DNA of 64,000 nt from an uncultured Bacillaceae bacterium (GTDB lineage: Bacteria > Bacillota > Bacilli > Bacillales > Amphibacillaceae), in the NCBI GenBank assembly GCA_937925695.1, contig CALAMD010000055.1, positions 116,681 to 180,680 on the forward strand, read 5' to 3'. A program made the translations under genes and the position numbers. Under the pieces are notes generated by a model. The model was given only the letters and a program-made list of their open reading frames with translations. It did no database searches and was not told where the DNA came from. Positions 53,634 through 62,463 of this stretch are shown in pieces (positions within the stretch are counted from its first letter, which is position 1; the number at the start of each line of letters is the position of its first letter).

Positions 53634-55172
53634 ATGACCGATATACAAATGCCACAATTTCCATCATCCTACTGGCGCGAATCTGTTGATTTACCCAGTT
53701 TTCCTAAATTAGATCAAGACATAAAAACAGATGTGACGATCGTTGGGGGTGGTATCACTGGCATTACCGCAGCATATTTGTTATCAAGACACCAAATCCA
53801 AGTGACCTTACTGGAAGCTGGTGTTATGTTAAACGGCACAACAGGACACACAACAGCAAAGATCACGGCCCAGCATGGGTTAATTTATGACGAATTCATC
53901 AACCATTTTGGCACCGACCAAGCTCAATTATATTATCAAGCTGCTATGGAAGCCAAAGAGATGATTGAAAAGATCATCGAAAAACACCAAATCGAATGCG
54001 AATTTGAACGAGATGACGCATATATTTTTACAAATTCAGAAAAATATTTGAAAAAATTAGAGAATGAGAAAAGAGCATATGATCAATTGGGGATACCCAG
54101 TGAACTAAATGATTCTATACCACTTAATTTACCAGTTCTTGCTGGGATGAAAATGAAGGATCAAGCCCAATTTCATCCGTTAAAATATTTACAAACCCTC
54201 ATTCAGGAAGCCGTTGAAAATGGTTTGAAAATATTTGAACATACAACAGCAATAGACATTAGATATGGAAAAGAACCCGTTGTCAAGACTATAGATGGAT
54301 ATGAAGTGACAAGTAAATACGTTATTCAAGCATCACATTTTCCATTTTATGATGGGATGGGGTTTTATCCAACAAGAATGTATCCTGAACGATCATATAT
54401 TATCGCAACAAAAACATCCGAGAAATACCCAGGTGGCATGTATATTAATGCTGAATCCCCAACTAGATCAATTCGCAAAGTCACGATGGGTAATGAAGAT
54501 TTGTGGTTGTTTGGTGGGGAAAATCATAAAACTGGACAAGGTGAACCGACTTACCATCATTATGAAGCTCTACAAGAGTTTGCAACGAAACATTTTCATA
54601 TTACAGCATTCCCATATCGCTGGTCTGCTCAAGATTTAACAACTATGGATAAACTTCCTTACATCGGTCCGGTTACAAGCGAACAAAAGCGAGTCTTTGT
54701 CGCAACTGGCTATCGGAAGTGGGGGATGACAAATGGCACGATCGCAGCCAAAATCATTCATGATTTAATCGTGGAAAAATCAAGTCCATACGCTAAGTTA
54801 TTTACACCTTCCAGGTTCCATGCTGAACCTTCATTAAAAGAATTTATGAGTATGAACGTCGATGTGGCTAAACATTTAATCCAAGGAAAACTAGAATTTA
54901 TTAATGATCAGATCCATGATCTAAATCCAGATGAAGCAACCATTACAAGAATAAATGGTATGAGAACTGGAGTTTACAAAGATCTCGATAATCAACTACA
55001 TGCTGTCGATACGACGTGTAAACACCTTGGTTGTGAAGTTCAATGGAATTCAGGTGACCGTACTTGGGATTGTCCATGCCACGGATCACGATATAAGTAT
55101 ACAGGTGAAGTTGTAGAAGGACCAGCTAAAGAACCATTAAATAAAGTTTCCATTAATGAAAATGATTTATAA
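53634..55172 (+). CDS. yhfW: FAD-dependent oxidoreductase with C-terminal Rieske domain (YhfW-like)
   Basis: GGGITG, GTTGHTTAK, WSAQD, CKHLGC and CPCHGS. Confidence 0.9.
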   Translation: MTDIQMPQFPSSYWRESVDLPSFPKLDQDIKTDVTIVGGGITGITAAYLLSRHQIQVTLLEAGVMLNGTTGHTTAKITAQHGLIYDEFINHFGTDQAQLYYQAAMEAKEMIEKIIEKHQIECEFERDDAYIFTNSEKYLKKLENEKRAYDQLGIPSELNDSIPLNLPVLAGMKMKDQAQFHPLKYLQTLIQEAVENGLKIFEHTTAIDIRYGKEPVVKTIDGYEVTSKYVIQASHFPFYDGMGFYPTRMYPERSYIIATKTSEKYPGGMYINAESPTRSIRKVTMGNEDLWLFGGENHKTGQGEPTYHHYEALQEFATKHFHITAFPYRWSAQDLTTMDKLPYIGPVTSEQKRVFVATGYRKWGMTNGTIAAKIIHDLIVEKSSPYAKLFTPSRFHAEPSLKEFMSMNVDVAKHLIQGKLEFINDQIHDLNPDEATITRINGMRTGVYKDLDNQLHAVDTTCKHLGCEVQWNSGDRTWDCPCHGSRYKYTGEVVEGPAKEPLNKVSINENDL

Positions 55173-55224
55173 TAAAATATGGTCTATTCAACTTGTAATG
55201 AAAAATGAATAGACCATATTTTAT
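55172..55224. terminator. Bidirectional terminator
   Basis: ATAAAATATGGTCTATTCA/TGAATAGACCATATTTTAT 19-bp stem. Confidence 0.75.
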
Positions 55225-55386
55225 CAATATCAGTGAATATTAGCGAAAATATCAAGTAATTAAGAGGAACTTAAATGGAAGGGATGAAAATATGCTCATA
55301 ATAAAAATTCATCTATAGATTCCTATAATAAATATTATGTCAATCTGAGGATTAAAAAAAATAAAGCTGTTAAGCTTTATGGCTTT

Positions 55387-56180
55387 TTATTTTTCTTCTA
55401 ATTGTTCCATGGATAGTTTTTCTTGCATAAATATATTGTACTTTCTCATTAAATACAATCCTTTATTTTTATATAGCCAATTAGAGAATTGTTTAAGAGT
55501 TTTCCTGCCACTTACATAAACGCGAAAATCTGTTTTATAATCAACAAATTTAGTTTTGAAACCTGCATTCTCTATATGATCCCTCAATGTAAGCATAAAC
55601 TGTTTAGAACCTCCAACGATATTTACAAAATATTTTTCGTATTTTACATGTCCATCACCATCAAAATATCCTCTTATAAAATGACTCAAATATTGCTTCG
55701 GAACTTGTGGGAATTTTATCTGACGGGCTTTATTTGGCATCAGATCATATAACGTAATTAAATCTGTACGCATAATTTTACTGTTTATATTTAATATATA
55801 TACGCCAGTATCTTTGTTTTGAATTATTGGATGATTTGATTGCATTTCATCACGAATGTTTTCTAAAATTCCCTTTTCTTTTTGCGAAAAGCTAATAATT
55901 TGTGCATCACGTGCGACCATACCATCTGCAAAAAAGAATCCGAGTATATATGCCATATTATTTGACCACGTTTTAAAATAATCTTCATTAACCGAATATT
56001 TTCTTTTCCAGCTGCCATGTGGTCTAAGCATAACATTATTTTTATTTAATAACATCCGTACATATCTTGCAGAAACATTAGCTTTTACACCGATTTCTTC
56101 TGTACTTAAGCCTTGCTCATATAAAAGTCTATGATTGTTTGTGTACTTAGCGTTCTTTTTCTACGTTTATCATTACCCAA
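55387..56180 (-). pseudogene. Free-standing HTH plus double-motif LAGLIDADG endonuclease-like gene, frameshifted near codon 19
   Basis: Motifs AYILGFFFADG and HFIRGYFDGDG. SD GGAGGTG (56187-56193) and TTG 56180 give MGNDKRRKRTLSTQTIID, which continues as LYEQGLSTEEIGVKANVSARYVR only after a frame change at the T4 run (56123-56126). Confidence 0.8.
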
Positions 56181-56205
56181 TAATAACACCTCCAATAATT
56201 AACCA

Positions 56206-56234
56206 GGAACATATGTTCTTAACTAATTGTATCA
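56206..56234 (-). promoter_or_regulatory. LexA box at the predicted start site of an extended -10 promoter for the LAGLIDADG gene
   Basis: Perfect GAACATATGTTC (56207-56218); minus-strand TGATACAAT (56226-56234). Confidence 0.85.
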
Positions 56235-56334
56235 TAATGATTCTTATCGTGTTGATTATAATTTTCTATTTTTTGTGTGTTGAATATCGTGAAAATTGAG
56301 ATTTGAATGTTACAATGGAAAAAATTCTTATATG

Positions 56335-56378
56335 AAAAAGGACGTGAAAATTTAAAATTTTACATTCGTCGTCTTTTT
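56335..56378. terminator. Possible bidirectional terminator
   Basis: AAAAAGGACG...CGTCTTTTT inverted repeat. Confidence 0.45.
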
Positions 56379-56406
56379 AACCAATACAAATCGGGACCAA
56401 TGTTAC

Positions 56407-56610
56407 TTCCCTGCCCTACGTTTGCTTTCTTATATTGATTGTTATTGGCAAGTATCAGGTAAAATGCTCAAACCCAATCAAACTAGCATGCATAAAGGAT
56501 TACTAAACGATTGTAATGACATAGTGTTTGTAAAACGGAATTCTTTATGTTTAGAAGGAAGATTTTCAATTGTTATGACTAGTTACATGAGCGTACCGAT
56601 TAGTTATTAG
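56407..56610 (+). pseudogene. Decayed N-terminal fragment of an AraC-family (DUF6597-type) regulator
   Basis: LLSYIDCYW and HKGLLNDCNDIVF resemble the recalled L..YI.CYW and HRVLPDGC.DIIF motifs; no start/RBS and no HTH. Confidence 0.4.
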
Positions 56611-56626
56611 CTTGTAATTAGTTGGC

Positions 56627-56821
56627 ATGCATATTCGAAGTGGAAAATTTGGAGAAAACAGTGGAAAACATCAAAATAACGGCGGTAAATGTGAGACGGA
56701 AATTCATGATCAACCTGATTGGGGCATACGTGCCGTTCATTTGCGTAATCCGAATCGTACATTAATTGAACTATATACCGAATTTGCAGAGGACAAATGG
56801 CGTCATGTCTCATTGAATTAA
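56627..56821 (+). pseudogene. C-terminal fragment of a VOC/glyoxalase family protein
   Basis: DQPDWGIRAVHLRNPNRTLIEL matches the VOC end motif WG.R..hFRDPDGNLIE with decay. Confidence 0.6.
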
Positions 56822-56830
56822 GTAAAAAAT

Positions 56831-56945
56831 ATGAATAAAAGTGTCCTATAGGACCCTTTATTGAAGTCCTATTTTTTTATGAAAAAACGTCCTATAGGAC
56901 CCCTTGTATTAATTTTTCTTAAACAAAAAGTTTCCTGTAGAATCC
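56831..56945. repeat. Short degenerate array of GTCCTATAGGAC palindromes
   Basis: Exact copies at 56843-56854 and 56889-56900, half copy GTCCTAT at 56866, degenerate TTCCTGTAGAAT at 56932. Confidence 0.75.
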
Positions 56946-57009
56946 TGATATAATCATCTTCCTTAATAAAAATTCAATTATTTTATTTTGTCAATATAGA
57001 CTTTTTACT

Positions 57010-57057
57010 CAAACGTTTGTTTGATTAAATCATAACATAGTAAATTTTTATTTCGAA
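57010..57057 (-). promoter_or_regulatory. Candidate minus-strand promoter with LexA-like site
   Basis: TTCGAA (57052-57057), 17 bp, TGnTATGAT (57029-57037), then CAAACAAACGTTTG (57010-57023). Confidence 0.4.
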
Positions 57058-57079
57058 TCTTTTTTCAAAAAGTTTTGTA

Positions 57080-57517
57080 AACACTTCAATTGATTTGATT
57101 CGTCAAATCGCAGAATACGGAAAAGGTAAATGCGAATATGTTATTGTCGAAGGAATCTTAACGAAAGAACGTTATGGTCATATGTTGGAGCATCTTATCC
57201 ATTTTTATAACGGTAACGTATATGCTTTTTATTTTGATTTATCCTTTGAAGAAACATTAAGACGTCATAACGCTAGCGATAAAAGAAATAATTTCGGGGT
57301 AGATTCTTTGCGTTCCTGGTGGAATCCTCGTGATTATCTCGGCATTGAAAATGAAACATTACTAACTGATGACATGTCCAAGGATGAAGTTTTACAGATT
57401 ATTTTAGATAAGGTACTAGAGCAAACAAGATCATTGAATTCTGCTATTTGTGATAAGTATGTTTTCGTTTTCCCTACATATTCCAATGTAGGCAATCAAG
57501 TATATAATAATATATAA
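57080..57517 (+). pseudogene. N-terminally truncated P-loop kinase (AAA_33-like)
   Basis: SIDLIRQIAEYG, VIVEGIL, YFDLSFEETLRRH, WWNP.DYL typical of the family; Walker A and RBS absent. Confidence 0.7.
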
Positions 57518-57532
57518 AGCGAGGAAACAAAT

Positions 57533-57943
57533 ATGGATAACTGTGTGTTTTGTAATCTAGACTTAGAACCAAAGCAAAGAATAATTTTTAGCAATAACCA
57601 TTGTCTATTTTTACAATTGGAACAATCCAACATGAAAGGTAGTCAACTTGAAGGTGCAGGTGTTATTGTACCTAAAATGCACAGAAAAACTGTTTTTGAT
57701 ATAACTGAGGAAGAATGGATGGCAACATATAGCCTTCTTCAACAAGTTAAAGAATACATAGATCACAATCACAAACCGCAAGGATATAATATAGGTTGGA
57801 ACTGTGGTGAAGTCGGTGGGCAGCATATCTTTCACGCTCATTTACACGTAATCCCAAGATATGTAGATGAACCTCTTGCCGGTAAAGGAATTCGATATAT
57901 ATTTAAAAGTATAGAAAATATCAGAATAGGCATCTCTGAATGA
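57533..57943 (+). CDS. HIT family hydrolase
   Basis: CVFC, GYNIGWN.G..GGQHIFHAHLHVIPR. Confidence 0.93.
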   Translation: MDNCVFCNLDLEPKQRIIFSNNHCLFLQLEQSNMKGSQLEGAGVIVPKMHRKTVFDITEEEWMATYSLLQQVKEYIDHNHKPQGYNIGWNCGEVGGQHIFHAHLHVIPRYVDEPLAGKGIRYIFKSIENIRIGISE

Positions 57944-58029
57944 CGAAACCTTTCACATTGTTTTGTACACAATATCCATCCCTATCATAAAAGAACCAAC
58001 CTACTTTATATTCGAAATAACAACATGAA

Positions 58030-58071
58030 AACCACCTTCAAATCAATTATCGATAAGATTTGAAAGTGGTT
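58030..58071. terminator. Terminator between convergent HIT and ATPase genes
   Basis: AACCACCTTCAAATC/GATTTGAAAGTGGTT inverted repeat. Confidence 0.65.
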
Positions 58072-58148
58072 ATTGTCTAGTCCGATTCACCTAAAACGTG
58101 TTTGCTCTTTTTGTTACAAAAGTGGTTATCCAAAGTTAGTACTATCCT

Positions 58149-59975
58149 TCATTTCAATAATAAACGTAATCCATTTAAAATAACTAAAATAGTGGATCCC
58201 TCATGAAATAGCACTGCCATAGGTAAGTTTAAGATACCGAACATGTTTAAAACTATCAAAATCACAATAACAGCGATGGAAAAGATCACATTGCCGGCAA
58301 TAATTCGGTTTAATTGTTGGCTTAATTTAAACGTATCAAACAGTTTGGCTAAATTATTTTTCACAATAACAACATCAGAAGACTCCATCGCTACGGATGT
58401 GCCACTGCCCATCGCAATGCCAATATCAGCATTGGCGAGGGCCGGTGCATCATTAATTCCATCCCCGATCATCCCGACTATTTTTCCTTCGTGTTGACTT
58501 TCTTGGACAAATTTAATTTTATCTTCTGGCATGGCGTCAGCTTGATAATCAGTAATTCCTACTTCTGCGGCAACTTTTTTAGCAACATTTTCGTTATCAC
58601 CGGTCAACAAAGAAACTTGAATACCTTCTTTTTGAAAATTGGCTACTGCTTGAGCTGATTCTTCACGAATTTGATCAGCTAGTGAAATATAACCAACGAT
58701 CTCGTTACCTTTACCAACAAATACAGTTGTATCCCCTACCATTTCTTTATAACAATATTGGTTTGGATCATTATAGTTAGCAAATATAGATGGTTTGCCT
58801 ACTTTAATATCGCCTTTTACCACACCTGATCCGGCGATTTCTTCCACAGCTTGCGTCATATCTACGGTATCTAGAGGGAGATCATTAAATGTTTTCACGA
58901 TTGCTTCTGCTATCGGGTGGGAAGATTGTTGTTCCATATAGACAACTTCTTTTAACATCTCTTCATCAATTTCATAATCTATGACTTGAAACTCGCCATA
59001 TGTTAATGTGCCTGTTTTATCACTGTAGAGTACATTCATCGAACTTAACGCTTCCATTGCTGCGCCACCTTTAAATAACACACCATTTTTTGCTCCATTA
59101 CTAATGGCACTTAATGTGGCTGGTGTAGCAGATGCAACTAAGGCACACGGACTAGCAACTGTCAATAAAACCATGCCCCGATAAAATGATTCCTGAAACG
59201 AAAAATCTAGTAAACTATACAAGATTAATATAAATACTGGAACAGCGATTAATACAGTAATCACGTATTTTGATTCAATTCGATCAATTAATTTAGATAT
59301 TTTGGACGGGCGATTTTGAGCTTCTTCAACCATACGAATAATATTAGAAAAAACTGTCTCACTGCTTAATTTATTCACTTTAAGGTGAAATACATTCCCC
59401 TCATTAATCGTGCCGGCGAACACTTCATCACCCTGGTTCTTTTCAACTGGCATCGATTCACCGGTTAATGCTGATTCATTTACGAGGGTGTCGCGATCGG
59501 TGTAACCATCAATCGGGATTTGAGCCCCTCTTGCAACAACGACAATATCGCCAATTTGGAGTTGATCTGTTGCTACTTCAACGACCTCACCATTATCCTG
59601 CAGAACTTGCGCAGTATCAGGCAATTGGGACATTAATTCAGAAATGGCACTCGTAGACTTGGTTGATGCATAATCTTCTAAAACTTCAGCACCAGCAAAG
59701 ATAAGTAATAAAACTGCTCCTTCAGACTCATATTGAATAATTACTGCTCCGATTGCAGCTAAAATCATTAATAAGTCAACATTCGGTGATTTAGACTGAA
59801 TCGTATCCACTACCGCATCTTTCGCAGCAAAAAATCCTAAAAAGAAAATAGCAATATAAAAAAATATCCGGCTGAAGCCATCATGAAACATAAGAAACAC
59901 AAATCCTAAAATAATAAATAAAATACCAATAAGTAAAAATTGACCGGGACGCGTTTTCATTAAATAATTTATCAC
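58149..59975 (-). CDS. P1B-4 heavy-metal ATPase (PfeT/ZosA-like; Fe2+/Co2+ exporter)
   Basis: TGES, SPC in ASPCALV, DKTGT, HP, GDGIND, HEGST; no N-terminal metal-binding domain. GTG 59975 fits SD GGAAGGA better than ATG 59984. Confidence 0.9.
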   Translation of the reverse strand: MINYLMKTRPGQFLLIGILFIILGFVFLMFHDGFSRIFFYIAIFFLGFFAAKDAVVDTIQSKSPNVDLLMILAAIGAVIIQYESEGAVLLLIFAGAEVLEDYASTKSTSAISELMSQLPDTAQVLQDNGEVVEVATDQLQIGDIVVVARGAQIPIDGYTDRDTLVNESALTGESMPVEKNQGDEVFAGTINEGNVFHLKVNKLSSETVFSNIIRMVEEAQNRPSKISKLIDRIESKYVITVLIAVPVFILILYSLLDFSFQESFYRGMVLLTVASPCALVASATPATLSAISNGAKNGVLFKGGAAMEALSSMNVLYSDKTGTLTYGEFQVIDYEIDEEMLKEVVYMEQQSSHPIAEAIVKTFNDLPLDTVDMTQAVEEIAGSGVVKGDIKVGKPSIFANYNDPNQYCYKEMVGDTTVFVGKGNEIVGYISLADQIREESAQAVANFQKEGIQVSLLTGDNENVAKKVAAEVGITDYQADAMPEDKIKFVQESQHEGKIVGMIGDGINDAPALANADIGIAMGSGTSVAMESSDVVIVKNNLAKLFDTFKLSQQLNRIIAGNVIFSIAVIVILIVLNMFGILNLPMAVLFHEGSTILVILNGLRLLLK

Positions 59976-60048
59976 TTGCTCCATCCTTCCGATTGGCTTT
60001 GCTCCCTATTGAGCAAAAGCGTATAATAAAAAAATCTCGCGAATCTAT

Positions 60049-60185
60049 TTATAATAATTACATTATTAATATATTTATAATATAAAAGTTTAAATATTGA
60101 TTTATCAATTGTTATCATTATAAAATTAGAAGTTAAAAATGTCAATTAATTGAGAATTAAATATAGTAATTGAGAATGAATCTCA
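60049..60185 (-). promoter_or_regulatory. Consensus SigA promoter of the ATPase flanked by Fur-like and PerR-like boxes
   Basis: TTGACA (60140-60145), 17 bp, TATAAT (60117-60122); TGAGAATGAATCTCA (60171-60185); TTATAATAATTACAT (60049-60063). Confidence 0.7.
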
Positions 60186-60332
60186 TCCTCGTTTAGCTTT
60201 TGTTGATGAAAATAAAACGATCCAAGAAAAAGAATTCAGTGGTTCATTATCGGGAAAGGTTTCTTTGAAAACAACAAAAGCAAGTATATTTCCATTACCC
60301 TACTAGGATAAATTCCATACTTGCTTTTTTGT

Positions 60333-60658
60333 TTACTTATTCAGTTTTTTCTTTAAGTACCTATGGGTTGAAAAAATCATCAATATGGAAAATAACGGTG
60401 TCAGCACAAGCAAATCAATCAAAAACCAACTTGGAAAATAAGTGTCTGTAACAATTGGATAACCGGTTAATAAGCCAATAAGCATCATGATAAGACATAT
60501 TTAAACAAGGCCTTCGTATTATGGGCTAAGCGCCATGCTTGTTCACTTGATTTAGATAATGGTGTCCGATATCCATACCAATCATTGATTTCCTTTGGTG
60601 GCCAAATTTTCATCAAAAAAGCACCAATCAAACTAATCATTCCAACAATGAATAACAC
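60333..60658 (-). pseudogene. Frameshifted SdpI/YhfL-family membrane protein (not in ORF track)
   Basis: GTG 60658 reads MLFIVG...WPPKEINDWYGYRTPLSKSSEQAWRLAH, stop at 60485; the hydrophobic C-terminal half continues in another frame to TAA 60333. Confidence 0.75.
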
Positions 60659-60679
60659 GTCTGCTCTATCTTCCCCCCC

Positions 60680-61387
60680 CTATAAATATTTACATACCCT
60701 ACGGTGGATCTTTAATAGCTTAATCAATTCGATTACTTTTTCATCATCTCCAACATCAACAGCGACGAGTTCAGTGTTTTCAATCATTTCTTTCGTCAGT
60801 TCATACATATAATTTTCATCCAAATCATCAGGAACATTCGTCTCCCAACGTACAGGTACATGATAAAGGTTTATTGTACCATCACCATTTCCGCTATACG
60901 TTATTGAACCATCAACTAAGCGACTTCCTGTAAGCTGTATGACATCTTCTGGATAGGTCGCACTTGTCTCATCAAGAGGATTAACGCGTTCACCAGCCGG
61001 GATAAAGTAAACATTTAATTCGTCTATTTCTTGATTCACTCCAAGTTGCAGCCATATACGCGCATATTCAATTTCTTCACTGGAAAATTGAGCTAATGTT
61101 TCTTCCGCTTCTTCATGGGTATTCGTAGTATTATGATGAAAAATAGTTTCATCATCATTAGTCATTTCAACAGCAGCACTCTCATCATAAGGTAATGCAT
61201 TGGAATGATCCTCTTCTGCTTCCAATTCCTCATTGTTCGTAAGGTCTTCCCTTTCCTCTATGACAGGTTGATTTGTATTATTATCCTCGTCCTGATTGTT
61301 CGCAATATCCCTTGATGCCTCTGAACATCCAACTAGGACTAGTAAAATAAAAATTGTAAAATAAAAAATCATTGATTGTTTTTTCAT
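60680..61387 (-). CDS. Uncharacterised lipoprotein
   Basis: ATG 61387 MKKQ..., lipobox LVGC, acidic linker, folded C-terminal domain (IEYARIWL, YP.DVIQL.GSRL.DG..TYSGNGDGTIN). Confidence 0.8.
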   Translation of the reverse strand: MKKQSMIFYFTIFILLVLVGCSEASRDIANNQDEDNNTNQPVIEEREDLTNNEELEAEEDHSNALPYDESAAVEMTNDDETIFHHNTTNTHEEAEETLAQFSSEEIEYARIWLQLGVNQEIDELNVYFIPAGERVNPLDETSATYPEDVIQLTGSRLVDGSITYSGNGDGTINLYHVPVRWETNVPDDLDENYMYELTKEMIENTELVAVDVGDDEKVIELIKLLKIHRRVCKYL

Positions 61388-61515
61388 GTTGTAATCAGTC
61401 CTTAGTATGTAAAGTATCGTCATTTTTTTGATATTCTTTGCCATGGTTCCCGCTTATGATCATTAAAAGTTAACTTAATTAGTGTTGTCTCAAATTCATA
61501 GATTCCAATAGACGT

Positions 61516-62463
61516 CTATGTATGAGCAGGAAAATATGGAACAACTTCTTCGGCTAGTTCTTGAATCATTTCATCGATTGGACGTTCTGCAAATTTAAAC
61601 GTTAATATTACATGGTTAACACCGATTTTCTCCAACTTATGTAGAAAATCAAGTAAATATTTTCTACCGGTGCGAAAACCTAAATGAATCGGTTGAGGTT
61701 CTGCATCAGGATCCTCAAGTAAGTCAAGATATAAGGATTGGATAAATGGCTTAAAGGTGTCCAAATGTGATCGCCAGTCGTTAATAATCATTTCCTGATC
61801 TCCAATGCTACGGGGATAATTAATCCACCCATCGCCATGTTTAGCGATCCATTCAATAGTTTGACCTGAACGTCCAGTGATAAAAACAGGAATATCATTG
61901 ATTACTGGTTTTGGTAACAGATCAGTTTCCCCATTCATCTGAACTCTATCCGTATGTATCGTTGGATGTGAACGATGCCAAAGTGCTTTCATCACATGGA
62001 TTGCTTCCCGATATAATGTAGCACGTTGATCACGATTTACTTTAAAAGCTTTAAACTCAATCGTACGATCCCCGGTAGCTAGTCCTAATAAAAGTCTGCC
62101 ATTCGATATTTTATCTAAAGAGGCTGCTGATTTAGCTAAATTTATTGGATGCTGAAAAGAAGTAATCGCACTAGCTGTGCCTAATCCTATCTGGTTTGTA
62201 TGGGCGGCAAGATAACTTAAAAAAATCCATGGATCATACATTTGACCTGCATCCCCAAACATCGGATCGTTTAAAGGAATATCTCGAACAAACAGTGATG
62301 CAAATTTCGCTCTCTCTGCTTTTTTTGCTAGTTCTATTTGTTCCTGAAGATTCATTTCAGGAACATTTCCTTCATAAGCTTCCAGAGGAAAAATCATCCC
62401 TAACGTCAGTTTGTTTTTTTGAAATGTACGAGCATATCCTGCATGTTGAGCAAACCTTGTCAT
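61516..62463 (-). CDS. LLM-class (luciferase-like) oxidoreductase
   Basis: RDIPL.DP.FGDAGQ.YDPW, AKSAASLD..S.GR..LG.ATGDR, GVNHV. Confidence 0.9.
   Translation of the reverse strand: MTRFAQHAGYARTFQKNKLTLGMIFPLEAYEGNVPEMNLQEQIELAKKAERAKFASLFVRDIPLNDPMFGDAGQMYDPWIFLSYLAAHTNQIGLGTASAITSFQHPINLAKSAASLDKISNGRLLLGLATGDRTIEFKAFKVNRDQRATLYREAIHVMKALWHRSHPTIHTDRVQMNGETDLLPKPVINDIPVFITGRSGQTIEWIAKHGDGWINYPRSIGDQEMIINDWRSHLDTFKPFIQSLYLDLLEDPDAEPQPIHLGFRTGRKYLLDFLHKLEKIGVNHVILTFKFAERPIDEMIQELAEEVVPYFPAHT

Noticed and set aside
56120-56165. Canonical programmed -1 frameshift
   Set aside because: No X XXY YYZ heptamer in the correct frame (only A5G and T4) and no obvious stimulatory hairpin; an indel is more parsimonious.
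55250-56300. Group I intron or intein hosting the LAGLIDADG ORF
   Set aside because: No interrupted host gene, no recognisable P7 core, no intein N-terminal Cys/Ser or C-terminal His-Asn, and the gene has its own SD and promoter.
56831-56945. CRISPR array
   Set aside because: Only 2-3 units, a conserved core of about 14 bp, AT-rich low-complexity spacers, and no cas genes in the window.
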